Shown: positions 23,220 to 36,300 of the stretch, in pieces
Layout: every line of letters begins with the position of its first letter
Numbering within the stretch: position 1 is the stretch's first letter
NCBI GenBank assembly: GCA_032718475.1
Contig: JAUCBJ010003138.1
Span: 33,472 to 97,471, forward strand
From: Nemertoderma westbladi
Lineage: Eukaryota; Animalia; Xenacoelomorpha
Length of the DNA: 64,000 nt
Reading direction: 5' to 3'
Program-made: the position numbers and the translations under genes
The notes under the pieces: generated by a model
What the model saw: only the letters and a program-made list of their open reading frames with translations
What the model was told of the DNA's origin: nothing
Databases searched by the model: none

Positions 23220-23737
23220 ATCAGCCATTGAAACCAGCGTCTCTTATACTGTAGCTGGTTTTACTTTGTTCGTGGCTCCATATATCTGAAAATACGAGAT
23301 AATTTTATATAATTGCAACGCATTGCATCATACGTCAAGCACAGTTACAAGTTGACTATCCATTGTACGACTGCACATTTAAACGTGGTCTAATCTTATT
23401 GGATAACGTGTTCAAGGATTAACAAACCCACGTAGCATTTTGACGAGGCCGCATTCCATTGGAGCAACTACTGTAGTAAGTTTCCGAAGGTATGACGTCA
23501 AATAATGTTTTTTCATGAATTATGCTACCCCACCTTGGTTTGGGCTCTACAGTAACTGCAGAGGATACCAAATCTCTGGATGGCACATTCACAAGAATGC
23601 TATGATGCCGTGTTCATTTTGTCAAGTACAATGAATACATTTATAGGAAGGGATCTAGCGGTCGTGTTGCACTTAACTACTGAACCTTCCCTGCAAAGCG
23701 GAGACGGCTCCGCCCGCTCAAGGTTAAAGCTTGGGGA

Positions 23738-24554
23738 ACGACCTAACACAGTCGAACACACCCCAACACACTCCAAAAACTGCCGAACACAATTGAACAC
23801 AGTCGAAAATATAAAGAGCACAAAAAAATAACACCAGCTACCAACTTTTAGATATAATTAGCCACGCGTTGCCTTTCTATCAGTAAATTCCCGAAATTAT
23901 TGAATAAAATCGTCGCGAAATTAAATATTCATTTCGTTTATTTCTTATAGCCTAAGCCTACAACTAATTTAACCGAGTAGTAGGCCTAAGTTAAGTGTGG
24001 TTAACACCTGGCCAGAGATCACTACCGTACCGGTGCGCGGTGCGGTACCTGCCAGGGTAGGTACCTACCCGGAACCCAGCTCTTTATATTCCAGTTCAGC
24101 AGTAGGCCTGGTACATATGTTGTACCGATACCGTACGTCATGTACTGTACGTACGGTAAGCGGTTGTAGGCCTAACTTCCTCCCTTCAGTCCTAGTCCAA
24201 GCTATTCCAGCAGGCCTACACAGCCAAACATGCCTATTAGCTAACCCGCTATAACTATATATGTGACAGGTACCCGGTAGCGTATGCTTCCCTACATAGT
24301 TTGTTGTACAGCACAGCAGTACACAACAAATAAAGTTAATACCTGATACCATCAGCTGATCTGATAAGAAATTAATATTTAATTTCGCGACAATTTTATT
24401 AAATAATAACGGGGATTTACTTATAGAATAGCAACGCGTCGGCTAATTTTATCTAAAAGTTGATACCCGATGTTTTTTTTGTGCTCTTTCTATTTTCGAC
24501 TGTGTTCGGCAGTTTTTGGAGTGTGTTTGGGTGTGTTCTACTGTGTTGGGTCGT
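23738..24554. mobile_element. MITE-like element with ~200-bp terminal inverted repeats
   Basis: 23738-23945 is approximately the reverse complement of 24365-24554. Confidence 0.8.
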
Positions 24555-24570
24555 GTTGCTCTTTAAGTAC

Positions 24571-24843
24571 CTTCCGCTTTCCAGGACATTGCTTTCGCCG
24601 CCGTGAGGACCAGCCAGTGCATAACCTTGTACTTTGGCAGCCTCATGGGGTGAATAAGCATGGTGGACAGCCCATGACATTCTTGAGACGCATTTTAAAG
24701 GACACTGGTCTTGAAGATGCGGATGATCTAGCAAATGTCATGGGTGGAAGGGAGTTGTGGCGGCGCAATTTTGTCGACAAGCCGGCACAGCATTCTCAAT
24801 ATATACAGTACAATACGGCTGCAATGCAGCATGCCGATAGTGG
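24571..24843 (+). mobile_element. Short 3' fragment of an RTE-clade LINE (same family as 49837-51627)
   Basis: GHCFRREDQPVHNLVLWQPHG.. is nearly identical; TSD TAAGTAC at 24564-24570 and 24844-24850. Confidence 0.85.
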
Positions 24844-25616
24844 TAAGTACAGTAGTATAAAGACATTAAATTTCTACTTGGAAAACCCATATATAAACAT
24901 AATAACAATCAGCGTAAGTTGCGAAGAACTTAAAAACAAAAAAATTTAATCAGAATCGACAATTTACATTTAAAATATTATATATGATTAAACGAGTTAT
25001 AAGGCATAACAATTATTACTAAATTATAAACAATTAGGTACACAAGAGTCTTGTATGATTGTATGGTTGATTATATTTTAGACAATAAGCACAAATTATC
25101 TTATGCATAAAATCATAACATAAAGAGTAGTAATTCCCATAATATTGCAATAACAACCAAAAAGTACAACTATTAAGCACTAATAATAATAAATATATAA
25201 GTAATAATAGTAATAGTAATAATATAAATAATAATAAATAATTTTATAAAATTAGGCACTGTAGGCAGCGGCTTATTTTGGCTATATCTTCGTGATTTTT
25301 GATCGTAGAGAGCTGGTTTTGGGCTCATTCTGTTCGGAAAATAACAATTTAATTCAAATCCACTTCCAATTTTCTAATCTTATTATTTTTTCTCATTCAA
25401 AAACGTTGTGAATAAAATACATCTTTTTCAAAATTATATTTCAACATTCGAGATTTTGCACTCTAATAGAGCAAAACATGCATGCTGGTTTAGAGCTTTA
25501 GAGCTTTTTATTTAGGGGCATTTTCTATAATTACATCTCAAATGCATCCAAATCTTTGTTTGTGGATGCATTTTAAATACTTATGGTCTAAAACTTTGGG
25601 TATGTAAAATAATTAG

Positions 25617-25718
25617 ACAATAGGCAAATGTGTAACAATAGGCAAATGTGTAACAATAGGCAAATGTGTAACAATTGGCAAATGTGTAACAATAGGCAAA
25701 TGTGTAACAATAGGCAAA
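25617..25718. repeat. 18-bp tandem repeat ACAATAGGCAAATGTGTA
   Basis: About 5.5 copies. Confidence 0.9.
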
Positions 25719-27114
25719 GATTTTAAGGCATTCACATAACTATAGAAAATATATCAATATTATGTGAAAAGTATGCTAGAATTTGTAGCATTGGGTATTA
25801 CTATTTAGGTATGTAGGAAACTATTAAGATAAGTAAAGCAAAAAGAAACACAATCCAAAAATTAGCTTGTAGATTCCACAGCAAATACAACTACTGTAAC
25901 TATCAACGGTTCCTGGTGTAAAAATTTATTTAGTATAAAAAATAATTATTATTTAGATATTTGAAGCATAATAATAATAAATATTAATTTAAATTAAATT
26001 AAATATTGTTTATACAGAAACCAGGAGGAAGTATAAATTGTGTTCCAGCGAGCAGTTATACAGTATGATATGTGTAATAAAATAAAACACATACTGTAAT
26101 ATGACAAATTGAAATTAATTTATTAAATATTTATTTTACAAAAAGAAAGAAACATTTTATTGTCCGACATTTTACTGTAATTCAGAATTTTGAGGAATAG
26201 TAAGAGCCTATTTTTTCGAGGCCGAGAAAAAATGCATGAATTGTTTTTGATAAAATTTTTTTAAACCAAAATAAATTTAATACTAAAACCCTAAGCCTAC
26301 AGTACATCATTTAAATCAACTATAATTTCGTTCATTTACCAATAGCCTTGCCGGAATATTGTAAAAACCTCAGCAATTCCATAAAACTGTAATCGTTATT
26401 CTAATATACTACTGTTTGTGAGAGGTAGGCCTATGTCTTAAATGTTGTTCTTGATATGATATAAAGAAATATTATTGTGGTACGGCTATAGTATACCGGG
26501 GTATCGACTGTACATTGTTATTGGCACCAAAATAAATGTAAATTATTTAAATTAATAAAGCGCGTTTTATCAAACATTACAAATTTTGCACTGTTATATT
26601 TTCCGAGAAAAAAAATACGTAAAACGATGGCAAGTTAGGGGGGGGGGGGGGGGGGGGTGGGGTAGCACCACCCCCCCCCCCCCCCCCCCCTATTTTGGAA
26701 ATTATCAAAAAAACATCATCTACCGTCAAACTATCATGTACCGTCAAATCAAAATGTGAGGTTCCACTACACTCCCCCCCCCCCCCCTCCCCCGAGAAAT
26801 CCATAGGTACAAGTTGGGAACGTTGATGCTCAAAACGTTTAAATTATATTACTTAAAGAATTCTAAGAGCTTAATAAATAATCTAAGTTATTTATAGCGA
26901 AACTCTGAAACACAGTTTATGCAAAAAATTATAAATTAAAAGATTATACACATTAAATTGACGTCACTATTATTTATAACAAGACATTTTACATTCAATT
27001 TATAATAACAATAATAAATATCATATGGCAACAATTGAATAATAATTTAATATAAAAATAATTTATTTAATTTAAATCTATTGATATTCAATAAAATTGC
27101 GGAACGAAGTTGGT

Positions 27115-27210
27115 GAAGTAAGTAAATCACTTTGCTGCGAAGTAAGTAAATCACTTTGCTGCGAAGTAAGTAAATCACTTTGCTGCGAAGTAAGTAAATC
27201 ACTTTGCTGC
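27115..27210. repeat. 24-bp tandem repeat x4, downstream of the SLC10 stop codon
   Basis: GAAGTAAGTAAATCACTTTGCTGC x4. Confidence 0.9.
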
Positions 27211-27360
27211 GCCACTAAAATAAAAGAAGTAGAGAAGTAAATATACTATAATATAATAAATAAACGCGAAATTTAATTCAAAGTCAGATTACGTATAATA
27301 GAAGGTTACTTAGGCCTACTTTAATTAAAAAAAATTATTCACAGCATATAAGACACTATT

Positions 27361-30300
27361 TTATATTATATTTATATCTTTAGTTAAAACGCAAGTAGAT
27401 GAGTTCGGTACATCATCAACCTCATACGTCACAAACAAATCTGGACTCACATTATTGTCTAAACCATCCTTGTGATCTTCCTTGCAGCAATTCCTTAAAA
27501 AATAAATAATATATATGGTTTAGTTGGAGATGGAAATCGTTCTATATTATTAGATTACAGTACAAGAGAGAGGCAATCAGATGCACGTAAATCCGCCAGA
27601 TGTGCCATTGTGTAGAGGTACAATTAGTGGACCTATTCATTAGTCCGCTAGCGGCCGATGAAGGAACTATAACTCTTGTGTATAATTTCTAAACTTTTGA
27701 TAGACTACATGTGTAGCAAATTTGGTTCCATTTCATGAAAAATTGAACGACCTATTAGCGTTAAACCATTTCCAACATAGACGACAACACGACGACATAC
27801 GGATCCACTAATTATACCCCCACGCTGAGGTTCACCTGTACTTCCGTGGCTCGCCCCATAACGCAACAAACCTGCAACTAATCTTATCCCGCTGACCTTC
27901 CAGCTCTAACACTTCATCTTCATTAATACCGCATTCATCTTTCATTTCTTCTCTGTTGCGAATTATAACTTCTCTATAACGAGAACTACATCGCTTCGCA
28001 CTCAAGTGGAGAATCACCAAAGGCCATACAATAACTAAAATATTAATTAACTAATTAATTTTATAGTTGTAAACATGTCGTGTTAACGACATAATTATAA
28101 TGTTGACTTATAGTGAATTTCAATTTGTATAAGAAAGTTACTGTAAAAATTTATAAAGTTTCACCAAACTAAGCTTCCGCATTATCTAAATTCACTTACA
28201 GTTCTGCATTATAGTAAACGTGACCGGAAGTACAACACCTAAATCGGCATCGGGTTGCTCGAAATTCAACCGAACCATAACGGCAACTAATCCAGCGTTC
28301 TGTAAACCAATCTCCAGGGCAACCGTCTTCACTGCCGAGTACCGTTGTCTGTTAAAAATACACAACTATAGATAGACACAGATTGTTATTTATTGTACTC
28401 CTGGTAAAAGGACGCCTTGTTAAACCGTGGACATTCTTCTTAAAAGATGGAAACTGATTCCGAAGGCAAAGATATAACAACTAAATTAAAAGTGAGTGAA
28501 TCCTGGATGATGGGACACACAACTTGGTAACTTTTTCCAAATGTCCATTTAGTTCCCCGTGGATTTTGAAAAAAATAATGAGGAAATGTGTCCGAATGAA
28601 TTAAAGAAGAAAGATTAAAATTATGTTAACGACTTATTAACCTCATTAACCTCAAATCTTGGGATAGGGGTAGCGCCCACCCCTACCCTCGGGTAGCAGC
28701 TATTGAAAGAGGAGCCTTCAGGTAGCCTCCGGCTTCGGCCGACTGTTTGCTTGCTTGCTTATTAACCTCATAATGTACTACAAAGATACAAAGAATGTAA
28801 AAAGAACACGGATATATATTAGGGGCGGGTGATTCAACGTACCTCAAGGCTGTTGTAGATACAGCGCCCAAAGTCATACCAGAAATGGGAAGCAGAATAA
28901 CAACGCCCATCATTTTTAAATCCATTAAGTAAAATATATACAGACCATTCCAGACGGCAATCGCAATAAATATAGTAAGTACCTAAAGAACGAATATTAG
29001 GTTACAGAAAGCAATAAAATAAACTTGTGAACATCTAATCGGCGGAAATAAATTACTAATATCGCCAGAAGAATAATCCCTGGTACTAATTTAGCTACCA
29101 GGGATTATACCAAGGATACAAGGCAGAGATGCGCCCTGGGTAGTACCGATAAAGTATTCGGGACGAAACGAAAACTGCCCAGCCCCATGCGAAGATCGAA
29201 TCCACGACCTCCGGATGGATGTGCATTTAAGGCAACGGATTTAATGGGTGGAGGGGGGGGGGGGGGAGGGGGGATCGCACCTCCCTATTTTGGAAAATCT
29301 AAAAAACTATATTTTATCCTATCATTAACCGAATTTTAAGCAGATTTCAAATCTTTAAGCAGTTTTTCTCATATCTTTTACCAAACTCAAGTTAATTGCC
29401 AATACGTAGTAAGAGCTAGTCTGACTTTTGACAAGCCTTCGAGCTTTAGGTGTTGTCACAAATCCCACCTATCCCTCTCAGAATGACGTTTTTTCATGAA
29501 AAAGTTATTATCCGCTAATTTTAACTGAAATGAGATGATATTTGGTACACTTGGTACACTTGGTACACTTGTTCAGAATACAAATGCAATGGAACATTTT
29601 CATGTCAAAAAGGCCCAAATATAGCCCTTTTTACGGGCCTTTTTCTTCTAAAATGGCCTTATCCATTTTGGGGCAAATTTTCGCAGTATTTGGTAAGGCT
29701 ATTCTTAAACAACCCTGACGATGTTTAGTAACACACAAAATAATTTTCACTCTATTAGGGTCAAGATGGAACTGAATAAAAGATTTACATTATAAAACTT
29801 ATTTTAAACCACTACTTATGAATAATATTAGTAAAACAATGTACTTACCACAAGTAACACCACTTTTAAATATTTCGTAGATTTTTTAATATATTTCGGA
29901 AAACAATAGTATAAGAATACACCGAAACTACAAGGGATCACCAGATATAATAATGTTAAAGCCATGTCGCTGTAGGGTAATTTATCTATCGTGAAATATT
30001 GCCCATCCGAATTGGTTATCCAACGCGTGTATATAAAGATGTTGAGAGGCATCATTCCTAGACAAATATAATAATAATAATAATATTGATATTAATATAT
30101 ATTAATCTATGCACACCCAGTCAGTCGGGGAAAAACAGCAATACTATAAAATATATATTAAATTTGTAAAATAAAAACATATTTAATATGAGGTAGCTAG
30201 AGTTGATAAGGGAGGGGGGGGGGGGGGGGGGGGGCTCTGTGGGCAAGTAAGGTCGTGGTATATGTCGCTAGCAGAATTGAGACAGAATTTACAGATTCAT

Positions 30301-33300
30301 TCGGAGGTTAAAGCGTGGAAAGAGGTAGTAGAAGAATAGAGTTTGTGATGGAAGCCGTGAGATGTAAATCTGGTTATGTCCATTTTTCTGGTTACTGTTT
30401 TTCCAAGTAATTAACTTGAATGCCGGTCCTATTTATTAATAATTAGGACCGGCATTCATTTAATTAATAATTACATTTAAGGGACGGTTTGTCCCTCAGA
30501 TATGGCTTAGTCCCACCAAGTCTTCCAGCGAGGTGCGAAGGTTGTGGTGGCGAGTTCTCGACATCACATGCACTAAGCTGCAAGTCTGGGGGACTAGTGG
30601 TTAAGGTCGGACCATCGAACGTTGAGCGAGAGGTCACACTATCTCGCGGTCACCTGGGCGGCATGGGGATCGAGGTTGGCGGCGTCCGCGCCGATCTGGT
30701 TGCGCGCGGGGTCTCGGTTCCTCAAAGGGTGGCGTCGTTTGACATTGCGGTCGTAAATGCTGACGCCACCTCCTACGCCCATTCAAACCGCTCGACAGAC
30801 TCCATCCTAGAAGAGCGCTGACGAAATAAATAGCGCCACAATCACGCCATCTGTGAGGAACGGAGGATGGCTGGTACAACGGATGGGGTCGAGGATGGCT
30901 GGTACAACGGATGGGGTCGAGGATGTGAGGAACGGAGGATGGCTGGTACAACGGATAGAGTCTGGATGTGAGGAACGGAGGATGGCTGGTACAACGGATA
31001 GAGTCTGGATGTGAGGAACCGAGGATGGCTGGTACAGCGGATAGAGTCTGGATGTGAGGAACGGAGGATGGCTGGTACAACGGATGGGGTCGAGGATGGC
31101 TGGTACAACGGATGGGGTCGAGGATGTGAGGAACGGAGGATGGCTGGTACAACGGATGGGGTCTGGATGGCTGGTACAACGGATAGAGTCTGGATGTGAG
31201 GAACGGAGGATGGCTGGTACAACGGATAGAGTCTGGATGTGAGGAACGGAGGATGGCTGGTACAACGGATGGGGTCTGGATGTGAGGAACGGAGGATGGC
31301 TGGTACAACGGATGGGGTCTGGATGTGAGGAACGGAGGATGGCTGGTACAACGGATGGGGTCTGGATGTGAGGAACGGAGGATGGCTGGTACAACGGATG
31401 GGGTCTGGATGTGAGGAACAGAGGATGGCTGGTACTACGGATGGGGTCTGGATGTGAGGAACGGAGGATGGCTGGTACAACGGATGGGGTCGAGGATGGC
31501 TGGTACAACGGATGGGGTCTGGATGTGAGGAACGGAGGATGGCTGGTACAACGGATGGGGTCTGGATGTGAGGAACAGAGGATGGCTGGTACAACGGATG
31601 GGGTCTGGATGTGAGGAACGGAGGATGGCTGGTACAACGGATGGGGTCTGGATGTGAGGAACGGAGGATGGCTGGTACAACGGATGGGGTCTGGATGTGA
31701 GGAACAGAGGATGGCTGGTACAACGGATGGGGTCTGGATGTGAGGAACGGAGGATGGCTGGTACAACGGATGGGGTCGAGGATGGCTGGTACAACGGATA
31801 GAGTCTGGATGTGAGGAACGGAGGATGGCTGGTACAACGGATGGGGTCTGGATGTGAGGAACAGAGGATGGCTGGTACAACGGATGGGGTCTGGATGTGA
31901 GGAACAGAGGATGGCTGGTACAACGGATGGGCTCTGGATGTGAGGAACGGAGGATGGCTGGTACAACGGATGGGGTCGAGGATGGCTGGTACAACGGATA
32001 GAGTCTGGATGTGAGGAACGGAGGATGGCTGGTACAACGGATGGGGTCTGGATGTGAGGAACAGAGGATGGCTGGTACAACGGATGGGGTCTGGATGTGA
32101 GGAACAGAGGATGGCTGGTACAACGGATGGGGTCGAGGATGGCTGGTACAAAGGATAGAGTCTGGATGTGAGGAACGGAGGATGGCTGGTACAACGGATG
32201 GGGTCTGGATGTGAGGAACAGAGGATGGCTGGTACAACGGATGGGGTCTGGATGTGAGGAACAGAGGATGGCTGGTACAACGGATGGGGTCTGGATGTGA
32301 GGAACAGAGGATGGCTGGTACAACGGATGGGGTCTGGATGTGAGGAACGGAGGATGGCTGGTACAACGGATGGGGTCGAGGATGGCTGGTACAACGGATA
32401 GAGTCTGGATGTGAGGAACGGAGGATGGCTGGTACAACGGATGGGGTCTGGATGTGAGGAACAGAGGATGGCTGGTACAACGGATGGGGTCTGGATGTGA
32501 GGAACAGAGGATGGCTGGTACAACGGATGGGGTCTGGATGTGAGGAACAGAGGATGGCTGGTACAACGGATGGGGTCTGGATGTGAGGAACAGAGGATGG
32601 CTGGTACAACGGATGGGGTCTGGATGTGAGGAACAGAGGATGGCTGGTACAACGGATGGGGTCTGGATGTGAGGAACAGAGGATGGCTGGTACAACGGAT
32701 GGGGTCTGGATGTGAGGAACAGAGGATGGCTGGTACAACGGATGGGGTCTGGATGTGAGGAACGGAGGATGGCTGGTACAACGGATGGGGTCGAGGATGG
32801 CTGGTACAACGGATAGAGTCTGGATGTGAGGAACGGAGGATGGCTGGTACAACGGATGGGGTCTGGATGTGAGGAACAGAGGATGGCTGGTACAACGGAT
32901 GGGGTCTGGATGTGAGGAACAGAGGATGGCTGGTACAACGGATGGGGTCTGGATGTGAGGAACAGAGGATGGCTGGTACAACGGATGGGGTCTGGATGTG
33001 AGGAACAGAGGATGGCTGGTACAACGGATGGGGTCTGGATGTGAGGAACAGAGGATGGCTGGTACAACGGATGGGGTCTGGATGTGAGGAACAGAGGATG
33101 GCTGGTACAACGGATGGGGTCTGGATGTGAGGAACAGAGGATGGCTGGTACAACGGATGGGGTCTGGATGTGAGGAACAGAGGATGGCTGGTACAACGGA
33201 TGGGGTCTGGATGTGAGGAACAGAGGATGGCTGGTACAACGGATGGGGTCTGGATGTGAGGAACAGAGGATGGCTGGTACAACGGATGGGGTCTGGATGT

Positions 33301-36300
33301 GAGGAACAGAGGATGGCTGGTACAACGGATGGGGTCTGGATGTGAGGAACAGAGGATGGCTGGTACAACGGATGGGGTCGAGGATGGCTGGTACAACGGA
33401 TAGAGTCTGGATGTGAGGAACGGAGGATGGCTGGTACAACGGATGGGGTCTGGATGTGAGGAACAGAGGATGGCTGGTACAACGGATGGGGTCTGGATGT
33501 GAGGAACAGAGGATGGCTGGTACAACGGATGGGGTCTGGATGTGAGGAACAGAGGATGGCTGGTACAACGGATGGGGTCTGGATGTGAGGAACAGAGGAT
33601 GGCTGGTACAACGGATGGGGTCTGGATGTGAGGAACAGAGGATGGCTGGTACAACGGATGGGGTCTGGATGTGAGGAACAGAGGATGGCTGGTACAACGG
33701 ATGGGGTCTGGATGTGAGGAACAGAGGATGGCTGGTACAACGGATGGGGTCTGGATGTGAGGAACGGAGGATGGCTGGTACAACGGATGGGGTCTGGATG
33801 TGAGGAACAGAGGATGGCTGGTACAACGGATGGGGTCTGGATGTGAGGAACGGAGGATGGCTGGTACAACGGATGGGGTCTGGATGTGAGGAACGGAGGA
33901 TGGCTGGTACAACGGATGGGGTCTGGATGTGAGGAACGGAGGATGGCTGGTACAACGGATGGGGTCTGGATGTGAGGAACGGAGGATGGCTGGTACAACG
34001 GATGGGGTCTGGATGTGAGGAACGGAGGATGGCTGGTACAACGGATGGGGTCTGGATGTGAGGAACGGAGGATGGCTGGTACAACGGATGGGGTCTGGAT
34101 GTGAGGAACGGAGGATGGCTGGTACAACGGATGGGGTCTGGATGTGAGGAACGGAGGATGGCTGGTACAACGGATGGGGTCTGGATGTGAGGAACGGAGG
34201 ATGGCTGGTACAACGGATGGGGTCTGGATGTGAGGAACGGAGGATGGCTGGTACAACGGATGGGGTCTGGATGTGAGGAACAGAGGATGGCTGGTACAAC
34301 GGATGGGGTCTGGATGTGAGGAACGGAGGATGGCTGGTACAACGGATGGGGTCTGGATGTGAGGAACAGAGGATGGCTGGTACAACGGATGGGGTCTGGA
34401 TGTGAGGAACAGAGGATGGCTGGTACAACGGATGGGGTCTGGATGTGAGGAACAGAGGATGGCTGGTACAACGGATGGGGTCTGGATGTGAGGAACAGAG
34501 GATGGCTGGTACAACGGATGGGGTCTGGATGTGAGGAACAGAGGATGGCTGGTACAACGGATGGGGTCTGGATGTGAGGAACAGAGGATGGCTGGTACAA
34601 CGGATGGGGTCTGGATGTGAGGAACGGAGGATGGCTGGTACAACGGATGGGGTCTGGATGTGAGGAACAGAGGATGGCTGGTACAACGGATGGGGTCTGG
34701 ATGTGAGGAACGGAGGATGGCTGGTACAACGGATGGGGTCTGGATGTGAGGAACGGAGGATGGCTGGTACAACGGATGGGGTCTGGATGTGAGGAACGGA
34801 GGATGGCTGGTACAACGGATGGGGTCTGGATGTGAGGAACGGAGGATGGCTGGTACAACGGATGGGGTCTGGATGTGAGGAACGGAGGATGGCTGGTACA
34901 ACGGATGGGGTCTGGATGTGAGGAACGGACGATGGCTGGTACAACGGATGGGGTCTGGATGTGAGGAACGGAGGATGGCTGGTACAACGGATGGGGTCTG
35001 GATGTGAGGAACGGAGGATGGCTGGTACAACGGATGGGGTCTGGATGTGAGGAACGGAGGATGGCTGGTACAACGGATGGGGTCTGGATGTGAGGAACGG
35101 AGGATGGCTGGTACAACGGATGGGGTCTGGATGTGAGGAACAGAGGATGGCTGGTACAACGGATGGGGTCTGGATGTGAGGAACAGAGGATGGCTGGTAC
35201 AACGGATGGGGTCTGGATGTGAGGAACGGAGGATGGCTGGTACAACGGATGGGGTCTGGATGTGAGGAACGGAGGATGGCTGGTACAACGGATGGGGTCT
35301 GGATGTGAGGAACGGAGGATGGCTGGTACAACGGATGGGGTCTGGATGTGAGGAACAGAGGATGGCTGGTACAACGGATGGGGTCTGGATGTGAGGAACG
35401 GAGGATGGCTGGTACAACGGATGGGGTCTGGATGTGAGGAACAGAGGATGGCTGGTACAACGGATGGGGTCTGGATGTGAGGAACAGAGGATGGCTGGTA
35501 CAACGGATGGGGTCGAGGATGGCTGGTACAACGGATGGGGTCTGGATGTGAGGAACAGAGGATGGCTGGTACAACGGATGGGGTCTGGATGTGAGGAACA
35601 GAGGATGGCTGGTACAACGGATGGGGTCGAGGATGGCTGGTACAACGGATGGGGTCTGGATGTGAGGAACAGAGGATGGCTGGTACAACGGATGGGGTCT
35701 GGATGTGAGGAACAGAGGATGGCTGGTACAACGGATGGGGTCTGGATGTGAGGAACAGAGGATGGCTGGTACAACGGATGGGGTCGAGGATGGCTGGTAC
35801 AACGGATGGGGTCTGGATGTGAGGAACAGAGGATGGCTGGTACAACGGATGGGGTCTGGATGTGAGGAACAGAGGATGGCTGGTACAACGGATGGGGTCG
35901 AGGATGGCTGGTACAACGGATGGGGTCTGGATGTGAGGAACAGAGGATGGCTGGTACAACGGATGGGGTCGAGGATGGCTGGTACAACGGATAGAGTCTG
36001 GAGCCAAGAGGACCAGATTCTCATCACCAACATCGCTGAGACCCTCGTTGCTAAGCGCAAGGGAATGCGAGAGAGGAGTCCCGCATGTATGCTGGGGGGT
36101 GTATGTGCGTGGAGGTAGACGCAGCTGGCGTGGACTTGGTTTCGGGGATGGTACGGGCTACGCGGCCCAGACATAGCCGCCCCCAATACTGACCATTACA
36201 TTATTAACCTAGTGTAATTAATTAAATAAATATATTAAAAAATTAATTTTAATATTATTACAGTACTGATTAATTTTATAATTATTAATCATTTACCCAT

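Noticed and set aside
29065-29300. Decayed tRNA-SINE or MITE remnants and poly-G/C runs
   Set aside because: Too degenerate to define boundaries; homopolymer lengths are unreliable.
30852-36002. CRISPR-like appearance of the long arrays (also 39744-42101 and 57985-58490)
   Set aside because: No unique spacers, no cas genes, eukaryotic context.
30634-36186. Three 1500-1700 aa ORFs on the minus strand
   Set aside because: Artefact of a 43-bp unit with no stop codon on that strand; all three frames give the same rotating peptide.
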